This document shows positions 56,431 to 64,000 of a stretch of DNA of 64,000 nt, one piece after another. The translations under genes and the position numbers were made by a program. The DNA comes from Auanema rhodensis (taxonomy: Eukaryota > Animalia > Nematoda). How positions within the stretch are numbered: the stretch's first letter is position 1; each line of letters starts with the position of its first letter. The stretch spans positions 25,048,001-25,112,000 of the forward strand of contig OZ059900.1 of the NCBI GenBank assembly GCA_964057225.1, in the 5' to 3' direction. The notes under the pieces are model-generated. The model searched no databases. It was not told the origin of the DNA and worked only from the letters and a program-made list of their open reading frames with translations.

Positions 56431-59400
56431 GTTTACAGCGAAATTTCCAAAAACTGGTTTTCCAGCATAATACAATATTTCTCATGGGAAATACTGTGTT
56501 TTTATATTTTTCCAGTGTTCAGCATGTAAAATGCTTCATTTTACTATGTAACACGCTGAAATTCGTTGCATTTGACGACTCATATGAACAAAAATCGATT
56601 TTATCAATATTAGCCATAAGGGGCGTGCCCTCAGAATATGCTAATTTCCTTAATTTTCTAACCCCTGTTTTTTTGTCGTGAAAGTGGAACTAGACGTTGT
56701 ACGAACAGTTTTGAGCTAGGTTTCATTGACATTGCATGAGTTTGAACACATGAAATCGTAAGTCAAAACCTTGTTTACAGCGAAATTTCCAAAAACTGGT
56801 TTTCCAGCATAATAAAATATTTCTCATGGGAAATACTGTGTTTTTGTATTTTTCTAGTGTTCAGCATGTAAAATGCTTCATTTTAGTATGTAACACGCTG
56901 AAATTCGTTGCATTTGACGACTCATATGAACAAAAATCGATTTAATCAATATTAGCCATAAGGGGCGTGCCCTCAGAATATGCTAATTTCCTTAATTTTC
57001 TAACCCCTGTTTTTTTGTCGTGAAAGTGGAACTAGACGTTGTACGAACAATTTTGAGCTAGGTTTCATTGACATTGCATGAGTTTGAACACATGAAATCG
57101 TAAGTCAAAACCTTGTTTACAGCGAAATTTCCAAAAACTGGTTTTCCAGCATAATAAAATATTTCTCATGGGAAATACAGTGTTTTTGTATTTTTTTAGT
57201 GTTCAGCATGTAAAATGCGTCATTTTAGTATGTAAAACGCTGAAATTCGTTGCATTTGACGACTCATATGAACAAAAATCGATTTTATCAATATTAGCCA
57301 TAAGGGGCGTGCCCTCAGAATATGCTAATTTCCTTAATATTCTAACCCCTGTTTTTTTGTCGTGAAAGTGGAACTAGACGTTGTACGAACAATTTTGAGC
57401 TAGGTTTCATTGACATTGCATGAGTTTGAACACATGAAATCGTAAGTCAAAACCTTGTTTACAGCGAAATTTCCAAAAACTGGTTTTCCAGCATAATACA
57501 ATATTTCTCATGGGAAATACTGTGTTTTTATATTTTTCCAGTGTTCAGCATGTAAAATGCTTCATTTTACTATGTAACACGCTGAAATTCGTTGCATTTG
57601 ACGACTCATATGAACAAAAATCGATTTTATCAATATTAGCCATAAGGGGCGTGCCCTCAGAATATGCTAATTTCCTTAATTTTCTAACCCCTGTTTTTTT
57701 GTCGTGAAAGTGGAACTAGACGTTGTACGAACAGTTTTGAGCTAGGTTTCATTGACATTGCATGAGTTTGAACACATGAAATCGTAAGTCAAAACCTTGT
57801 TTACAGCGAAATTTCCAAAAACTGGTTTTCCAGCATAATAAAATATTTCTCATGGGAAATACTGTGTTTTTGTATTTTTCTAGTGTTCAGCATGTAAAAT
57901 GCTTCATTTTAGTATGTAACACGCTGAAATTCGTTGCATTTGACGACTCATATGAACAAAAATCGATTTAATCAATATTAGCCATAAGGGGCGTGCCCTC
58001 AGAATATGCTAATTTCCTTAATTTTCTAACCCCTGTTTTTTTGTCGTGAAAGTGGAACTAGACGTTGTACGAACAATTTTGAGCTAGGTTTCATTGACAT
58101 TGCATGAGTTTGAACACATGAAATCGTAAGTCAAAACCTTGTTTACAGCGAAATTTCCAAAAACTGGTTTTCCAGCATAATAAAATATTTCTCATGGGAA
58201 ATACAGTGTTTTTGTATTTTTTTAGTGTTCAGCATGTAAAATGCGTCATTTTAGTATGTAAAACGCTGAAATTCGTTGCATTTGACGACTCATATGAACA
58301 AAAATCGATTTTATCAATATTAGCCATAAGGGGCGTGCCCTCAGAATATGCTAATTTCCTTAATATTCTAACCCCTGTTTTTTTGTCGTGAAAGTGGAAC
58401 TAGACGTTGTACGAACAATTTTGAGCTAGGTTTCATTGACATTGCATGAGTTTGAACACATGAAATCGTAAGTCAAAACCTTGTTTACAGCGAAATTTCC
58501 AAAAACTGGTTTTCCAGCATAATAAAATATTTCTCAAGGGAAAAACTGTGTTTTTATATTTTTCTAGTGTTCAGCATGTAAAATGCTTCATTTTAGTATG
58601 TAACACGGTGAAATTCCTTGCATTTGACGACTCATATGAACAAAAATCGATTTAATCAATATTAGCCATAAGGGGCGTGCCCTCAGAATATGCTAATTTC
58701 CTTAATTTTCTAACCCCTGTTTTTTTGTCGTGAAAGTGGAACTAGACGTTGTACGAACAATTTTGAGCTAGGTTTCATTGACATTGCATGAGTTTGAACA
58801 CATGAAATCGTAAGTCAAAACCTTGTTTACAGCGAAATTTCCAAAAACTGGTTTTCCAGCATAATAAAATATTTCTCATGGGAAATACAGTGTTTTTGTA
58901 TTTTTTTAGTGTTCAGCATGTAAAATGCGTCATTTTAGTATGTAAAACGCTGAAATTCGTTGCATTTGACGACTCATATGAACAAAAATCGATTTTATCA
59001 ATATTAGCCATAAGGGGCGTGCCCTCAGAATATGCTAATTTCCTTAATATTCTAACCCCTGTTTTTTTGTCGTGAAAGTGGAACTAGACGTTGTACGAAC
59101 AATTTTGAGCTAGGTTTCATTGACATTGCATGAGTTTGAACACATGAAATCGTAAGTCAAAACCTTGTTTACAGCGAAATTTCCAAAAACTGGTTTTCCA
59201 GCATAATAAAATATTTCTCAAGGGAAAAACTGTGTTTTTATATTTTTCTAGTGTTCAGCATGTAAAATGCTTCATTTTAGTATGTAACACGGTGAAATTC
59301 CTTGCATTTGACGACTCATATGAACAAAAATCGATTTAATCAATATTAGCCATAAGGGGCGTGCCCTCAGAATATGCTAATTTCCTTAATTTTCTAACCC

Positions 59401-59508
59401 CTGTTTTTTTGTCGTGAAAGTGGAACTAGACGTTGTACGAACAATTTTGAGCTAGGTTTCATTGACATTGCATGAGTTTGAACACATGAAATCGTAAGTC
59501 AAAACCTT
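56431..59508. repeat. Trimer x2 overlapping a dimer x2
   Basis: Offset 1026: 56484/57510 (TTACTATG) and 57168/58194 (TAATATTC). Offset 684: 58194/58878, and CACGGTGAAATTCC monomers at 58483/59167. Confidence 0.85.
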
Positions 59509-62500
59509 GTTTACAGCGAAATTTCCAAAAACTGGTTTTCCAGCATAATAAAATATTTCTCATGGGAAATACAGTGTTTTTGTATTTTTTTAGTGTTCAG
59601 CATGTAAAATGCGTCATTTTAGTATGTAAAACGCTGAAATTCGTTGCATTTGACGACTCATATGAACAAAAATCGATTTTATCAATATTAGCCATAAGGG
59701 GCGTGCCCTCAGAATATGCTAATTTCCTTAATTTTCTAACCCCTGTTTTTTTGTCGTGAAAGTGGAACTAGACGTTGTACGAACAATTTTGAGCTAGGTT
59801 TCATTGACATTGCATGAGTTTGAAAAAATGAAATCGTAAGTCAAAACCTTGTTTACAGCGAAATTTCCAAAAACTGGTTTTCCAGCATAATAAAATATTT
59901 CTCAAGGAAAAACTGTGTTTTTATATTTTTCTAGTGTTCAGCATGTAAAATGGTTCATTTTAGTATGTAACACGCTGAAATTCCTTGCATTTGACGACTC
60001 ATATGAACAAAAATCGATTTAATCAATATTAACCATAAGGGGCGTGCCCTCAGAATATGCTAATTTCCTTAATTTTCTAACCCCTGTTTTTTTGTCGTGA
60101 AAGTGGAACTAGACGTTGTACGAACAATTTTGAGCTAGGTTTCATTGACATTGCATGAGTTTGAACACATGAAATCGTAAGTCAAAACCTTGTTTACAGC
60201 GAAATTTCCAAAAACTGGTTTTCCAGCATAATACAATATTTCTCATGGGAAATACTGTGTTTTTATATTTTTCCAGTGTTCAGCATGTAAAATGCTTCAT
60301 TTTAGTATGTAACACGCTGAAATTCGTTGCATTTGACGACTCATATGAACAAAAATCGATTTTATCAATATTAGCCATAAGGGGCGTGCCCTCAGAATAT
60401 GCTAATTTCCTTAATTTTCTAACCCCTGTTTTTTTGTCGTGAAAGTGGAACTAGACGTTGTACGAACAGTTTTGAGCTAGGTTTCATTGACATTGCATGA
60501 GTTTGAACACATGAAATCGTAAGTCAAAACCTTGTTTACAGCGAAATTTCCAAAAACTGGTTTTCCAGCATAATACAATATTTCTCATGGGAAATACTGT
60601 GTTTTTGTATTTTTCTAGTGTTCAGAATGTAGAATGCTTCATTTTAGTACGTAACACGCTGAAATTCGTTGCATTTGACGACTCATATGAACAAAAATCG
60701 ATTTAATCAATATTAGCCATAAGGGGCGTGCCCTCAGAATATGCTAATTTCCTTAATTTTCTAACCCCTGTTTTTTTGTCGTGAAAGTGGAACTAGACGT
60801 TGTACGAACAATTTTGAGCTAGGTTTCATTGACATTGCATGAGTTTGAACACATGAAATCGTAAGTCAAAACCTTGTTTACAGCGAAATTTCCAAAAACT
60901 GGTTTTCCAGCATAATAAAATATTTCTCATGGGAAATACTGTGTTTTTGTATTTTTCTAGTGTTCAGCATGTAAAATGCTTCTATTTAGTATGTAACACG
61001 CTGAAATTCGTTGCATTTGACGACTCATATGAACAAAAATCGATTTAATCAATATTAGCCATAAGGGGCGTGCCCTCAGAATATGCTAATTTCCTTAATT
61101 TTCTAACCCCTGTTTTTTTGTCGTGAAAGTGGAACTAGACGTTGTACGAACAATTTTGAGCTAGGTTTCATTGACATTGCATGAGTTTGAACACATGAAA
61201 TCGTAAGTCAAAACCTTGTTTACAGCGAAATTTCCAAAAACTGGTTTTCCAGCATAATAAAATATTTCTCAAGGGAAAAACTGTGTTTTTATATTTTTCT
61301 AGTGTTCAGCATGTAAAATGCTTCATTTTAGTATGTAACACGGTGAAATTCCTTGCATTTGACGACTCATATGAACAAAAATCGATTTAATCAATATTAG
61401 CCATATGGGGCGTGCCCTCAGAATATGCTAATTTCCTTAATTTTCTAACCCCTGTTTTTTTGTCGTGAAAGTGGAACTAGACGTTGTACGAACAATTTTG
61501 AGCTAGGTTTCATTGACATTGCATGAGTTTGAACACATGAAATCGTAAGTCAAAACCTTGTTTACAGCGAAATTTCCAAAAACTGGTTTTCCAGCATAAT
61601 ACAATATTTCTCATGGGAAATACTGTGTTTTTGTATTTTTTTAGTGTTCAGCATGTAAAATGCGTCATTTTAGTATGTAAAACGCTGAAATTCGTTGCAT
61701 TTGACGACTCATATGAACAAAAAGCGATTTAATCAATATTATCCATAAGGGGCGTGCCCTCAGAATATGCTAATTTCCTTAATTTTCTAACCCCTGTTTT
61801 TTTGTCGTGAAAGTGGAACTAGACGTTGTACGAACAATTTTGAGCTAGGTTTCATTGACATTGCATGAGTTTGAACACATGAAATCGTAAGTCAAAACCT
61901 TGTTTACAGCGAAATTTCCAAAAACTGGTTTTCCAGCATAATAAAATATTTCTCATGGGAAATACTATGTTTTTGTATTTTTTTAGTGTTCAGCATGTAA
62001 AATGCGTCATTTTAGTATGTAAAACGCTGAAATTCGTTGCATTTGACGACTCATATGAACAAAAAGCGATTTAATCAATATTATCCATAAGGGGCGTGCC
62101 CTCAGAATATGCTAATTTCCTTAATTTTCTAACCCCTGTTTTTTTGTCGTGAAAGTGGAACTAGACGTTGTACGAACAATTTTGAGCTAGGTTTCATTGA
62201 CATTGCATGAGTTTGAACACATGCAATCGTATGTCAAAACCTTGTTTACAACGAAATTTCCAAAAACTGGTTTTCCAGCATAATAAATTATTTCTCATGG
62301 GAAATACTGTGTTTTTGTATTTTTCTAGTGTTCAGCATGTAGAATGCTTCATTTTAGTATGTAACACGCTGAAATTCGTTGCATTTGACGACTCATATGA
62401 ACAAAAATCGATTTAATCAATATTAGCCATAAGGGGCGTGCCCTCAGAATATGCTAATTTCCTTAATTTTCTAACCCCTGTTTTTTTGTCGTGAAAGTGG

Positions 62501-64000
62501 AACTAGACGTTGTACGAACAATTTTGAGCTAGGTTTCATTGACATTGCATGAGTTTGAACACATGAAATCGTAAGTCAAAACCTTGTTTACAGCGAAATT
62601 TCCAAAAACTGGTTTTCCAGCATAATAAAATATTTCTCATGGGAAATACAGTGTTTTTGTATTTTTTTAGTGTTCAGCATGTAAAATGCGTCATTTTAGT
62701 ATGTAAAACGCTGAAATTCGTTGCATTTGACGACTCATATGAACAAAAATCGATTTTATCAATATTAGCCATAAGGGGCGTGCCCTCAGAATATGCTAAT
62801 TTCCTTAATATTCTAACCCCTGTTTTTTTGTCGTGAAAGTGGAACTAGACGTTGTACGAACAATTTTGAGCTAGGTTTCATTGACATTGCATGAGTTTGA
62901 ACACATGAAATCGTAAGTCAAAACCTTGTTTACAGCGAAATTTCCAAAAACTGGTTTTCCAGCATAATAAAATATTTCTCAAGGGAAAAACTGTGTTTTT
63001 ATATTTTTCTAGTGTTCAGCATGTAAAATGCTTCATTTTAGTATGTAACACGGTGAAATTCCTTGCATTTGACGACTCATATGAACAAAAATCGATTTAA
63101 TCAATATTAGCCATAAGGGGCGTGCCCTCAGAATATGCTAATTTCCTTAATTTTCTAACCCCTGTTTTTTTGTCGTGAAAGTGGAACTAGACGTTGTACG
63201 AACAATTTTGAGCTAGGTTTCATTGACATTGCATGAGTTTGAACACATGAAATCGTAAGTCAAAACCTTGTTTACAGCGAAATTTCCAAAAACTGGTTTT
63301 CCAGCATAATACAATATTTCTCATGGGAAATACTGTGTTTTTGTATTTTTCTAGTGTTCAGAATGTAGAATGCTTCATTTTAGTACGTAACACGCTGAAA
63401 TTCGTTGCATTTGACGACTCATATGAACAAAAATCGATTTAATCAATATTAGCCATAAGGGGCGTGCCCTCAGAATATGCTAATTTCCTTAATTTTCTAA
63501 CCCCTGTTTTTTTGTCGTGAAAGTGGAACTAGACGTTGTACGAACAATTTTGAGCTAGGTTTCATTGACATTGCATGAGTTTGAACACATGAAATCGTAA
63601 GTCAAAACCTTGTTTACAGCGAAATTTCCAAAAACTGGTTTTCCAGCATAATAAAATATTTCTCATGGGAAATACTGTGTTTTTGTATTTTTCTAGTGTT
63701 CAGCATGTAAAATGCTTCATTTTAGTATGTAACACGCTGAAATTCGTTGCATTTGACGACTCATATGAACAAAAATCGATTTAATCAATATTAGCCATAA
63801 GGGGCGTGCCCTCAGAATATGCTAATTTCCTTAATTTTCTAACCCCTGTTTTTTTGTCGTGAAAGTGGAACTAGACGTTGTACGAACAATTTTGAGCTAG
63901 GTTTCATTGACATTGCATGAGTTTGAACACATGAAATCGTAAGTCAAAACCTTGTTTACAGCGAAATTTCCAAAAACTGGTTTTCCAGCATAATAAAATA

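Larger units (their letters stand above)
1..64000. repeat. Tandem satellite DNA array, 342-bp monomer, ~187 copies, probably (peri)centromeric heterochromatin
   Basis: GTTTACAGCGAAATTTCC recurs at 1, 343, 685 ... 63954 (187 x 342 + 1, minus 1 net indel). ORF-track starts are spaced by multiples of 342. No interruption or inversion seen, and the array runs off both window ends. The centromeric location is inferred from homogeneity, size and unit length. Confidence 0.99.

Noticed and set aside
15012-62416. Repeated 69-aa ORF (MSLNTCNR...EQKSI)
   Set aside because: It arises only where A323C removes a TGA. It shares its frame with the 65-aa ORF merely because 342 is divisible by 3. Fixed stops at 249-251 and 261-263 prevent any long repeat protein.
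2790-62836. Repeated 65-aa ORF (MGNTVFLY...PVFLS) as a multicopy gene
   Set aside because: It exists only where A172T removes a TAA that is present in the majority consensus. It has no recognisable domain, its F/L/I/K-rich composition reflects A/T tracts, and many variants change amino acids or destroy the ATG (T55A-type CTCAAGGG monomers).
1-64000. CRISPR array or other prokaryotic repeat-spacer system
   Set aside because: There are no unique spacers and no cas or other genes. The entire 342-bp unit is repeated.

Overview
The whole 64-kb window is one uninterrupted head-to-tail tandem array of a 342-bp AT-rich satellite DNA (about 34% GC by hand count). It holds 187 full monomers plus a 47-bp partial one, all in the same orientation, with no unique sequence, transposon, RNA gene or credible protein-coding gene. 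Monomers differ from the consensus by only a few substitutions, and three single-base homopolymer indels account for all the phase shifts. This looks like eukaryotic centromeric or pericentromeric satellite; the species and family cannot be named from sequence alone. The hidden structure is: (1) the monomer is an old diverged dimer of ~171-bp subunits; (2) it is rich in short dyads, including a near-perfect 18-bp palindrome and a 54-bp imperfect hairpin; (3) shared variants reveal nested higher-order repeats (2-, 3-, 4-, 5-, 10/11- and 12-mers) and a collinear 14-18 kb super-duplication; (4) one duplication breakpoint maps to a ~30-bp interval. All ORFs in the supplied track are by-products of the repeat. 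I found no evidence for a novel gene-based system. Variant names such as A172T use the numbering of the first monomer (1-342).
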